Source: the human T2T-CHM13v2.0 reference genome, Homo sapiens. From it: a DNA stretch of 64,000 bases. The translations under genes were made by a program, and so were the position numbers. Positions 43,601 through 57,400 of the stretch are shown here, piece by piece. Numbering within the stretch: position 1 is the stretch's first letter; each line of letters starts with the position of its first letter. Location: NCBI RefSeq assembly GCF_009914755.1, contig NC_060939.1, one strand, 5' to 3'. Under the pieces are notes generated by a model. That model was not told where the DNA came from, did no database searches, and saw only the letters and a list, made by a program, of their open reading frames with translations.

Positions 43601-46600
43601 ACCATTCCATATTGTTCCATTCGATTCCATTCGAATCCATTCCATTCCAGTCCATTCCATTCGATTCCATTCCATTCATTTCAATTCCATTCCATTCCAT
43701 TCCATTCCATTCCACTTGATTCCTCTCCATTCCCTTCCACTGCATTCCGTTCGATTCCATTCCATTGCATTGCATTCCATTCCATTGGATTGCATTCCAT
43801 TCGATTCCATTCCATTCGAATCAATTACATAGCAATCCATTACATTCGAGTCTATTCTCTTCCGTTCCATTCGATTTCGTTCCAATCCATTCGATTCCAT
43901 TCCATTCGATTCCATTCCATACTATTGCATTCCATTCGATTACATTATATTCGAATAAGTTCCATTCAAGACCATTTCTTTTGAGTCCATTCTATTTGAG
44001 TCCATTCCCTTTGATTCCATAACATTTGAGTCCATTCAATTCCATTCCTTTCGTTTCCATTCCATTTGATGCCATTCCATTCAATTCTGTTCTACTCGAC
44101 TCCAATACATTCAATTCCATTCCATCCGATTCCATTACATTCTTTTCATTTCTTATCCATTTCAAGCCATTCCATTCCATTCCATTCCACTCGTTTCCTT
44201 TCCATTCGAGTCCATTCCTCTCCAGTCCATTCCGTTCAATCCATTCCATTCCAGTCCATTCCATTCGAGTCCGTTCCATTCCAGTCCATTCCATTCGAGT
44301 CAATTACATTCCATTCGATGTCTTTCCATAACGATCCATTCCATTCTATTCCTTTCGACTCCATTCCATTCTATTTCATTCCATTCGATTCCCTTCCATT
44401 GGACTCCTTTCCATTCGAGTGCATTCCATTCCGTTCCATTTCTTTCCGTTCTGTACGATTCCTACCGTTCGATTTCATTTTGTTCCAGTCCATTCCTTTC
44501 GCGTCCATTCCATTCCATTTCACTCCATTCGATTCCATTCCTCTCGATTCCACTTCGTTCCATTTCATTGCATTCCATTCTATTCAACTCTATTGCCTTC
44601 CATTCCATTCCATTCGATTACATTCCATGCGATTCCATTCGAAATCGAATCAATTACATTGCAATCCATTACAATTGCGTCCGTTTTATTCCAGTCCACT
44701 GCATTCTGGTCCATTCCATTTGATTCCATTCCATTCTATTCCATTCCATACAGTTGCATTCCTTTGGATTCCATGCTATATCTATAAATTCAATTCGAGA
44801 CCATTGCTTTTGAGTCCATACTATATGATTCCATTCCATTCAAGTCCATTGCATTTGGTTCAATTCCATTCCATTCCATTCCCTTCCATTCCATTCCAGT
44901 TGATATCAATCCATTCGATTCCATTCCATTCGAGCACATTCCATTCGAGTCCATTCCATTCGATGCCATTCCATTTGATTCTATTCCATTAGTCTCCATT
45001 CAATTCCATTAATCTCCATTCCATTCCATTCTACTCCAACTGATTCCATTCCATTCCATTCCTTTCCATTCCATTTCATTCCATTCTATTCCATTTCATT
45101 CCATTCCATTCCATTCGCTTCCATTCCATTCGTGTCCATTCCACTCCAGTCCATTCCATTCGTGTCCATTCCATTCCAGTCCATTCCATTTGTGTCCACT
45201 GCATTCCATTCCACTCCATTCCATATTATTCCATTACACTCCCTTCCATTCTATTACTTTCATTTCCATTCAATTCCATTCCATTTGATTCCATTCCACT
45301 CGGTTTCATTCCATTTGAGTCCACTCCATTCCATTCCATTCCATTCCATTCAGTTCCATTCCATTCTGTTCCATTCCATTCCGTTCCATTGCATTCCATT
45401 CCATTCGGTACCATTCCATATTGTTCCATTTGACTCCATTCGAATCCATTCTATTCCAGTCCATTCCATTCGATTCCATTCCATTCCTTTCAATTCCATT
45501 CCATTCCATTCCATTCCACTTGATTCCACTCCATTCCCTTCCACTGCATTCCATTCGATTCCATTCCATTGCATTGCATTCCATTCCATTGGACTGCATT
45601 CCATTCGATTCCATTCCATTCGAATCAATTACATAGCAATCCATTACATTCGAGTCTATTCTATTCCGTTCCATTCGATTTCGTTCCAATCCATTCGATT
45701 CCATTCCGTTCGATTCCATTCCATACTATTGCATTCCATTCGATTACATTATATTCGAATAAGTTCCATTCATGACCATTTCTTTTGAGTCCATTCGATT
45801 TGAGTCCATTCCCTTTGATTCCATAACATTTGAGTCCATTCAATTCCATTCCTTTCGTTTCCATTCCATTTGATGCCATTCCATTCAATTCTGTTCTACT
45901 CGACTCCAATACATTCAATTCCATTCCATCCGATTCCATTACATTCTTTTCATTTCTTATCCATTTCAAGTCATTCCACTCCATTCCATTCCACTCGTTT
46001 CCTTTCCATTCGAGTCCATTCCTCTCCAGTCCATTCCGTTCAATCCATTCCATTCCAGTCCATTCCATTCCAGTCCGTTCCATTCCAGACCATTCCATTC
46101 GAGTCAATTCCATTCCATTCGATGTCTTTCCATAACGATCCATTCCATTCTATTCCTTTCGATTCCATTCCATTCTATTTCATTCCATTCGATTCCCTTC
46201 CATTGGACTCCTTTCCATTCGAGTGCATTCCATTCCGTTCCATTTCTTTCCGTTCTGTACGATTCCTACCGTTCGATTTCATTTTGTTCCAGTCCATTCC
46301 TTTCGCGTCCATTCCATTCCATTTCACTACATTCGATTCCATTCCACTCGATTGCACTTCGTTCCATTTCATTGCATTCCATTCTATTCAACTCTATTGC
46401 CTTCCATTCCATTCCATTCGATTACATTCCATGCGATTCCATTCAAATCGAATCAATTACATTGCAATCCATTACAATTGAATCCGTTTTATTCCAGTCC
46501 ACTGCATTCTGGTCCATTCCATTTGATTCCATTCCATTCTATTCCATTCCATACAGTTGCATTCCTTTGGATTCCATGCTATATATATAAATTCAATTCG

Positions 46601-48432
46601 AGACCATTGCTTTTGAGTCCATTCTATATGATTCCATTCCATTCAAGTCCATTACATTTGGTTCAATTCCATTCCATTCCATTCCCTTCCATTCCATTCC
46701 AGTTGATATCAATCCATTCGAATCCATTCCATTCGAGCACATTCCATTCGAGTCCATTCCATTCGATGCCATTCCATTTGATTCTATTCCATTAGTCTCC
46801 ATTCAATTCCATTAATCTCCATTCCATTCCATTCTACTCCAACTGATTCCATTCCATTCTATTCCTTTCCATTCCATTTCATTCCATTCCATTCCATTCG
46901 CTTCCATTCCATTCGTGTCCATTCCACTCCAGTCCATTCCATTCGTGTCCATTCTATTCCAGTCCATTCCATTTGTGTCCACTGCATTCCATTCCACTCC
47001 ATTCCATATTATTCCATTACACTCCCTTCCATTCTATTACTTTCATTTCCATTCAATTCCATTCCATTTGATTCCATTCCACTCGGTTTCATTCCATTTG
47101 AGTCCACTCCATTCCATTCCATTCCATTCCATTCAGTTCCATTCCATTCTGTTCCATTCCATTCCGTTCCATTGCATTCCATTCCATTCGGTACCATTCC
47201 ATATTGTTCCATTCGATTCCATTCGAATCCATTCCATTCCAGTCCATTCCATTCGATTCCATTCCATTCATTTCAATTCCATTCCATTCCATTCCATTCC
47301 ATTCCACTTGATTCCTCTCCATTCCCTTCCACTGCATTCCGTTCGATTCCATTCCATTGCATTGCATTCCATTCCATTGCATTGCATTCCATTCGATTCC
47401 ATTCCATTCGAATCAATTACATAGCAATCCATTACATTCGAGTCTATTCTCTTCCGTTCCATTCGATTTCGTTCCAATCCATTCGATTCCATTCCATTCG
47501 ATTCCATTCCATACTATTGCATTCCATTCGATTACATTATACTCGAATAAGTTCCATTCAAGACCATTTCTTTTGAGTCCATTCTATTTGAGTCCATTCC
47601 CTTTGATTCCATAACATTTGAGTCCATTCAATTCCATTCCTTTCGTTTCCATTCCATTTGATGCCATTCCATTCAATTCTGTTCTACTCGACTCCAATAC
47701 ATTCAATTCCATTCCATCCGATTCCATTACATTCTTTTCATTTCTTATCCATTTCAAGCCATTCCACTCCATTCCATTCCACTCGTTTCCTTTCCATTCG
47801 AGTCCATTCCTCTCCAGTCCATTCCGTTCAATCCATTCCATTCCAGTCCATTCCATTCGAGTCCGTTCCATTCCAGTCCATTCCATTCGAGTCAATTCCA
47901 TCCCATTCGATGTCTTTCCATAACGATCCATTCCATTCTATTCCTTTCGATTCCATTCCATTCTATTTCATTCCATTCGATTCCCTTCCATTGGACTCCT
48001 TTCCATTCGAGTGCATTCCATTCCGTTCCATTTCTTTCCGTTCTGTACGATTCCTACCGTTCGATTTCATTTTGTTCCAGTCCATTCCTTTCGCGTCCAT
48101 TCCATTCCATTTCACTCCATTCGATTCCATTCCACTCGATTCCACTTCGTTCCATTTCATTGCATTCCATTCTATTCAACTCTATTGCCTTCCATTCCAT
48201 TCCATTCGATTACATTCCATGCGATTCCATTCGAAATCGAATCAATTACATTGCAATCCATTACTATTGAGTCCGTTTTATTCCAGTCCACTGCATTCTG
48301 GTCCATTCCATTTGATTCCATTCCATTCTATTCCATTCCATACAGTTGCATTCCATTGGATTCCATGCTATATCTATAAATTCAATTCGAGACCATTGCT
48401 TTTGAGTCCATTCTATATGATTCCATTCCATT
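28658..48432 (+). repeat. Higher-order repeat block, copy 2 (lacks the internal 4-monomer duplication)
   Basis: It has the same order of monomer lengths and private variants as copy 1. Near-identity stops at the substitution cluster beginning at 48433. Confidence 0.9.
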
Positions 48433-51400
48433 AAAGTCCATTACATTTGGTTCAAATCCATTCCATTCTATTCCCTTCCATTCCATTCCATTTGATATCA
48501 ATCCATTCGATTCCATTCCATTCGAGCACATTCCATTCGAGTCCATTCTATTCGATGCCATTCCATTTGATTCTATTCCATTAGTCTCCATTCAATTCCA
48601 TTAATCTCCATTCCATTCCATTCTACTCCAACTGATTCCATTTAATTCTATTCCTTTCCATTCCATTTCATTCCATTCTATTCCATTCGTGTCCATTCCA
48701 CTCCAGTCCATTCCATTCGTGTCCATTCCATTCCAGTCCATTCCATTTGTGTCCACTGAATTCCATTCCACTCCATTCCATATTATTCCATTACACTCCA
48801 TTCCATTCTATTACTTTCATTTCCATTCAATTCCATTCCATTTGATTCCATTCCACTCGGTTTCATTCCATTTGAGTCGACTCCATTCCATTCCATTCCA
48901 TTCCATTCCATTCAGTTCCATTCCATTCTGTTCCATTCCATTCCGTTCCATTACATTCCATTCCATTCGGTACCATTCCATATTGTTCCATTCGATTCCA
49001 TTCGAATCCATTCCATTCCAGTCCATTCCATTCGATTCCATTCCATTCATTTCAATTCCATTCCATTCCATTCCATTCCATTCCACTTGATTCCTCTCCA
49101 TTCCCTTCCACTGCATTCCGTTCGATTCCATTCCATTGCATTGCATTCCATTCCATTGGATTGCATTCCATTCGATTCCATTCCATTCGAATCAATTACA
49201 TAGCAATCCATTACATTCGAGTCTATTCTCTTCCGTTCCATTCGATTTCGTTCCAATCCATTCGATTCCATTCCATTCGATTCCATTCCATACTATTGCA
49301 TTCCATTCGATTACATTATATTCGAATAAGTTCCATTCAAGACCATTTCTTTTGAGTCCATTCTATTTGAGTCCATTCCCTTTGATTCCATAACATTTGA
49401 GTCCATTCAATTCCATTCCTTTCGTTTCCATTCCATTTGATGCCATTCCATTCAATTCTGTTCTACTCGACTCCAATACATTCAATTCCATTCCATCCGA
49501 TTCCATTACATTCTTTTCATTTCTTATCCATTTCAAGCCATTCCACTCCATTCCATTCCACTCGTTTCCTTTCCATTCGAGTCCATTCCTCTCCAGTCCA
49601 TTCCGTTCAATCCATTCCATTCCAGTCCATTCCATTCGAGTCCGTTCCATTCCAGTCCATTCCATTCGAGTCAATTCCATTCCATTCGATGTCTTTCCAT
49701 AACGATCCATTCCATTCTATTCCTTTCGATTCCATTCCATTCTATTTCATTCCATTCGATTCCCTTCCATTGGACTCCTTTCCATTCGAGTGCATTCCAT
49801 TCCGTTCCATTTCTTTCCGTTCTGTACGATTCCTACCGTTCGATTTCATTTTGTTCCAGTCCATTCATTTCGCGTCCATTCCATTCCATTTCACTACATT
49901 CGATTCCATTCCATTCGATTCCATTCTACTCGATTCCACTTCGTTCCATTTCATTGCATTCCATTCTATTCAACTCTATTGCCTTCCATTCCATTCCATT
50001 CGATTACATTCCATGCGATTCCATTCGAAATCGAATCAATTACATTGAAATTCATTACTATTTAGTCCGTTTTATTCCAGTCCACTGCATTCTGGTCCAT
50101 TCCATTTGATTCCATTCCATTCTATTCCATTCCATACAGTTGCATTCCATTGGATTCCATGCTATATCTATAAATTCAATTCGAGACCATTGCTTTTGAG
50201 TCCATTCTATATGATTCCATTCCATTCAAGTCCATTACATTTGGTTCAATTCCATTCCATTCCATTCCCTTCCATTCCATTCCATTTGATATCAATCCAT
50301 TCGATTCCATTCCATTCGAGCACATTCCACTCGAGTCCATTCCATTCGATGCCATTCCATTTGATTCTATTCCATTAGTCTCCATTCAATTCCATTAATC
50401 TCCTTTCCATTCCATTCTACTCCAACTGATTCCATTCCATTCTATTCCTTTCCATTCCATTTCATTCCATTCCATTCCATTTCATTCCATTCCATTCCAT
50501 TCGTGTCCATTCCACTCCAGTCCATTCCATTCGTGTCCATTCCATTCCAGTCCATTCCATTTGTGTCCACTGCATTCCATTCCACTCCATTCCATATTAT
50601 TCCATTACACTCCATTCCATTCTATTACTTTCATTTCCATTCAATTCCATTCCATTTGATTCCATTCCACTCGGTTTCATTCCATTTGAGTCCACTCCAT
50701 TCCATTCCATTCCATTCCATTCAGTTCCATTCCATTCTGTTCCATTCCATTCCGTTCCATTACATTCCATTCCATTCGGTACCATTCCATATTGTTCCAT
50801 TCGATTCCATTCGAATCCATTCCATTCCAGTCCATTCCATTCGATTCCATTCCATTCATTTCAATTCCATTCCATTCCATTCCATTACATTCCACTTGAT
50901 TCCTCTCCATTCCCTTCCACTGCATTCCGTTCGATTCCATTCCATTGCATTGCATTCCATTCCATTGGATTGCATTCCATTCGATTCCATTCCATTCGAA
51001 TCAATTACATAGCAATCCATTACATTCGAGTCTATTCTCTTCCGTTCCATTCGATTTCGTTCCAATCCATTCGATTCCATTCCATTCGATTCCATTCCAT
51101 ACTATTGCATTCCATTCGATTACATTATATTCGAATAAGTTCCATTCAAGGCCATTTCGTTTGAGTCCATTCTATTTGAGTCCATTCCCTTTGATTCCAT
51201 AACATTTGAGTCCATTCAATTCCATTCCTTTCGTTTCCATTCCATTTGATGCCATTCCATTCAATTCTGTTCTACTCGACTCCAATACATTCAATTCCAT
51301 TCCATCCGATTCCATTACATTCTTTTCATTTCTTATCCATTTCAAGCCATTCCACTCCATTCCATTCCACTCGTTTCCTTTCCATTCGAGTCCATTCCTC

Positions 51401-54400
51401 TCCAGTCCATTCCGTTCAATCCATTCCATTCCAGTCCTTTCCATTCGAGTCCGTTCCATTCCAGTCCATTCCATTCGAGTCAATTCCATTCCATTCGATG
51501 TCTTTCCATAACGATCCATTCCATTCTATTCCTTTCGATTCCATTCCATTCTATTTCATTCCATTCGATTCCCTTCCATTGGACTCCTTTCCATTCGAGT
51601 GCATTCCATTCCGTTCCATTTCTTTCCGTTCTGTACGATTCCTACCGTTCGATTTCATTTTGTTCCAGTCCATTCCTTTCGCGTCCATTCCATTCCATTT
51701 CACTACATTCGATTCCATTCCATTCGATTCCATTCTACTCGATTCCACTTCGTTCCATTTCATTGCATTCCATTCTATTCAACTCTATTGTCTTCCATTC
51801 CATTCCATTCGATTACATTCCATGCGATTCCATTCGAAATCGAATCAATTACATTGAAATTCATTACTATTTAGTCCGTTTTATTCCAGTCCACTGCATT
51901 CTGGTCCATTCCATTTGATTCCATTCCATTCTATTCCATTCCATACAGTTGCATTCCATTGGATTCCATGCTATATCTATAAATTCAATTCGAGACCATT
52001 GCTTTTGAGTCCATTCTATATGATTCCATTCCATTCAAGTCCATTACATTTGGTTCAATTCCATTCCATTCCATTCCCTTCCATTCCATTCCATTTGATA
52101 TCAATCCATTCGATTCCATTCCATTCGAGCACATTCCATTCGAGTCCATTCCATTCGATGCCATTCCATTTGATTCTATTCCATTAGTCTCCATTCAATT
52201 CCATTAATCTCCATTCCATTCCATTCTACTCCAACTGATTCCATTCCATTCTATTCCTTTCCATTCCATTTCATTCCATTCCATTCCATTTCATTCCATT
52301 CCATTCCATTCGTGTCCATTCCACTCCAGTCCATTCCATTCGTGTCCATTCCATTCCAGTCCATTCCATTTGTGTCCACTGCATTCCATTCCACTCCATT
52401 CCATATTATTCCATTACACTCCATTCCATTCTATTACTTTCATTTCCATTCAATTCCATTCCATTTGATTCCATTCCACTCGGTTTCATTCCATTTGAGT
52501 CCACTCCATTCCATTCCATTCCATTCCATTCAGTTCCATTCCATTCTGTTCCATTCCATTCCGTTCCATTACATTCCATTCCATTCGGTACCATTCCATA
52601 TTGTTCCATTCGATTCCATTCGAATCCATTCCATTCCAGTCCATTCCATTCGATTCCATTCCATTCATTTCAATTCCATTCCATTCCATTCCATTACATT
52701 CCACTTGATTCCTCTCCATTCCCTTCCACTGCATTCCGTTCGATTCCATTCCATTGCATTGCATTCCATTCCATTGGATTGCATTCCATTCGATTCCATT
52801 CCATTCGAATCAATTACATAGCAATCCATTACATTCGAGTCTATTCTCTTCCGTTCCATTCGATTTCGTTCCAATCCATTCGATTCCATTCCATTCGATT
52901 CCATTCCATACTATTGCATTCCATTCGATTACATTATATTCGAATAAGTTCCATTCAAGACCATTTCGTTTGAGTCCATTCTATTTGAGTCCATTCCCTT
53001 TGATTCCATAACATTTGAGTCCATTCAATTCCATTCCTTTCGTTTCCATTCCATTTGATGCCATTCCATTCAATTCTGTTCTACTCGACTCCAATACATT
53101 CAATTCCATTCCATCCGATTCCATTACATTCTTTTCATTTCTTATCCATTTCAAGCCATTCCACTCCATTCCATTCCACTCGTTTCCTTTCCATTCGAGT
53201 CCATTCCTCTCCAGTCCATTCCGTTCAATCCATTCCATTCCAGTCCATTCCATTCGAGTCCGTTCCATTCCAGTCCATTCCATTCGAGTCAATTCCATTC
53301 CATTCGATGTCTTTCCATAACGATCCATTCCATTCTATTCCTTTCGATTCCATTCCATTCTATTTCATTCCATTCGATTCCCTTCCATTGGACTCCTTTC
53401 CATTCGAGTGCATTCCATTCCTTTCCATTTCTTTCCGTTCTGTACGATTCCTACCGTTCGATTTCATTTTGTTCCAGTCCATTCCTTTCGCGTCCATTCC
53501 ATTCCATTTCACTCCATTCGATTCCATTCCACTCGATTCCACTTCGTTCCATTTCATTGCATTCCATTCTATTCAACTCTATTGCCTTCCATTCCATTCC
53601 ATTCGATTACATTCCATGCGATTCCATTCGAAATCGAATCAATTACATTGCAATCCATTACTATTGAGTCCGTTTTATTCCAGTCCACTGCATTCTGGTC
53701 CATTCCATTTGATTCCATTCCATTCTATTCCATTCCATACAGTTGCATTCCATTGGATTCCATGCTATATCTATAAATTCAATTCGAGACCATTGCTTTT
53801 GAGTCCATTCTATATGATTCCATTCCATTCAAGTCCATTACATTTGGTTCAATTCCATTCCATTCCATTCCCTTCCATTCCATTCCATTTGATATCAATC
53901 CATTCGATTCCATTCCATTCGAGCACATTCCATTCCACTCCATTCCATTCGATGCCATTCCATTTGATTCTATTCCATTAGTCTCCATTCAATTCCATTA
54001 ATCTCCATTCCATTCCATTCTACTCCAACTGATTCCATTCCATTCTATTCCTTTCCATTCCATTTCATTCCATTCCATTCCATTTCATTCCATTCCATTC
54101 CATTCGTGTCCATTCCACTCCAGTCCATTCCATTCGTGTCCATTCCATTCCAGTCCATTCCATTTGTGTCCACTGCATTCCATTCCACTCCATTCCATAT
54201 TATTCCATTACACTCCATTCCATTCTATTACTTTCATTTCCATTCAATTCCATTCCATTTGATTCCATTCCACTCGGTTTCATTCCATTTGAGTCCACTC
54301 CATTCCATTCCATTCCATTCCATTCAGTTCCATTCCATTCTGTTCCATTCCATTCCGTTCCATTACATTCCATTCCATTCGGTACCATTCCGTATTGTTC

Positions 54401-57400
54401 CATTCGATTCCATTCGAATCCATTCCATTCCAGTCCATTCCATTCGATTCCATTCCATTCATTTCAATTCCATTCCATTCCATTCCATTCCATTCCACTT
54501 GATTCCTCTCCATTCCCTTCCACTGCATTCCGTTCGATTCCATTCCATTGCATTGCCTTCCATTCCATTGGATTGCATTCCATTCGATTCCATTCCATTC
54601 GAATCAATTACATAGCAATCCATTACATTCGAGTCTATTCTCTTCCGTTCCATTCGATTTCGTTCCAATCCATTCGATTCCATTCCATTCGATTCCATTC
54701 CATACTATTGCATTCCATTCGATTACATTATATTCGAATAAGTTCCATTCAAGACCATTTCTTTTGAGTCCATTCGATTTGAGTCCATTCCCTTTGATTC
54801 CATAACATTTGAGTCCATTCAATTCCATTCCTTTCGTTTCCATTCCATTTGATGCCATTCCATTCAATTCTGTTCTACTCGACTCCAATACATTCAATTC
54901 CATTCCATCCGATTCCATTACATTCTTTTCATTTCTTATCCATTTCAAGCCATTCCACTCCATTCCATTCCACTCGTTTCCTTTCCATTCGAGTCCATTC
55001 CTCTCCAGTCCATTCCGTTCAATCCATTCCATTCCAGTCCATTCCATTCGAGTCCGTTCCATTCCAGTCCATTCCATTCGAGTCAATTCCATTCCATTCG
55101 ATGTCTTTCCATAACGATCCATTCCATTCTATTCCTTTCGATTCCATTCCATTCTATTTCATTCCATTCGATTCCCTTCCATTGGACTCCTTTCCATTCG
55201 AGTGCATTCCATTCCGTTCCATTTCTTTCCGTTCTGTACGATTCCTACCGTTCGATTTCATTTTGTTCCAGTCCATTCCTTTCGCGTCCATTCCATTCCA
55301 TTTCACTACATTCGATTCCATTCCATTCGATTCCATTCTACTCGATTCCACTTCGTTCCATTTCATTGCATTCCATTCTATTCAACTCTATTGCCTTCCA
55401 TTCCATTCCATTCGATTACATTCCATGCGATTCCATTCGAAATCGAATCAATTACATTGAAATTCATTACTATTTAGTCCGTTTTATTCCAGTCCACTGC
55501 ATTCTGGTCCATTCCATTTGATTCCATTCCATTCTATTCCATTCCATACAGTTGCATTCCATTGGATTCCATGCTATATCTATAAATTCAATTCGAGACC
55601 ATTGCTTTTGAGTCCATTCTATATGATTCCATTCCATTCAAGTCCATTACATTTGGTTCAATTCCATTCCATTCCATTCCCTTCCATTCCATTCCATTTG
55701 ATATCAATCCATTCGATTCCATTCCATTCGAGCACATTCCATTCGAGTCCATTCCATTCGATGCCATTCCATTTGATTCTATTCCATTAGTCTCCATTCA
55801 ATTCCATTAATCTCCTTTCCATTCCATTCTACTCCAACTGATTCCATTCCATTCTATTCCTTTCCATTCCATTTCATTCCATTCCATTCCATTTCATTCC
55901 ATTCCATTCCATTCGTGTCCATTCCACTCCAGTCCATTCCATTCGTGTCCATTCCATTCCAGTCCATTCCATTTGTGTCCACTGCATTCCATTCCACTCC
56001 ATTCCATATTATTCCATTACACTCCATTCCATTCTATTACTTTCATTTCCATTCAATTCCATTCCATTTGATTCCATTCCACTCGGTTTCATTCCATTTG
56101 AGTCCACTCCATTCCATTCCATTCCATTCCATTCAGTTCCATTCCATTCTGTTCCATTCCATTCCGTTCCATTACATTCCATTCCATTCGGTACCATTCC
56201 ATATTGTTCCATTCGATTCCATTCGAATCCATTCCATTCCAGTCCATTCCATTCGATTCCATTCCATTCATTTCAATTCCATTCCATTCCATTCCATTCC
56301 ATTCCACTTGATTCCTCTCCATTCCCTTCCACTGCATTCCGTTCGATTCCATTCCATTGCATTGCATTCCATTCCATTGGATTGCATTCCATTCGATTCC
56401 ATTCCATTCGAATCAATTACATAGCAATCCATTACATTCGAGTCTATTCTCTTCCGTTCCATTCGATTTCGTTCCAATCCATTCGATTCCATTCCATTCG
56501 ATTCCATTCCATACTATTGCATTCCATTCGATTACATTATATTCGAATAAGTTCCATTCAAGACCATTTCTTTTGAGTCCATTCTATTTGAGTCCATTCC
56601 CTTTGATTCCATAACATTTGAGTCCATTCAATTCCATTCCTTTCGTTTCCATTCCATTTGATGCCATTCCATTCAATTCTGTTCTACTCGACTCCAATAC
56701 ATTCAATTCCATTCCATCCGATTCCATTACATTCTTTTCATTTCTTATCCATTTCAAGCCATTCCACTCCATTCCATTCCACTCGTTTCCTTTCCATTCG
56801 AGTCCATTCCTCTCCAGTCCATTCCGTTCAATCCATTCCATTCCAGTCCATTCCATTCGAGTCCGTTCCATTCCAGTCCATTCCATTCGAGTCAATTCCA
56901 TTCCATTCGATGTCTTTCCATAACGATCCATTCCATTCTATTCCTTTCGATTCCATTCCATTCTATTTCATTCCATTCGATTCCCTTCCATTGGACTCCT
57001 TTCCATTCGAGTGCATTCCATTCCTTTCCATTTCTTTCCGTTCTGTACGATTCCTACCGTTCGATTTCATTTTGTTCCAGTCCATTCCTTTCGCGTCCAT
57101 TCCATTCCATTTCACTACATTCGATTCCATTCCATTCGATTCCATTCTACTCGATTCCACTTCGTTCCATTTCATTGCATTCCATTCTATTCAACTCTAT
57201 TTCCTTCCATTCCATTCCATTCGATTACATTCCATGCGATTCCATTCGAAATCGAATCAATTACATTGAAATTCATTACTATTTAGTCCGTTTTATTCCA
57301 GTCCACTGCATTCTGGTCCATTCCATTTGATTCCATTCCATTCTATTCCATTCCATACAGTTGCATTCCATTGGATTCCATGCTATATCTATAAATTCAA

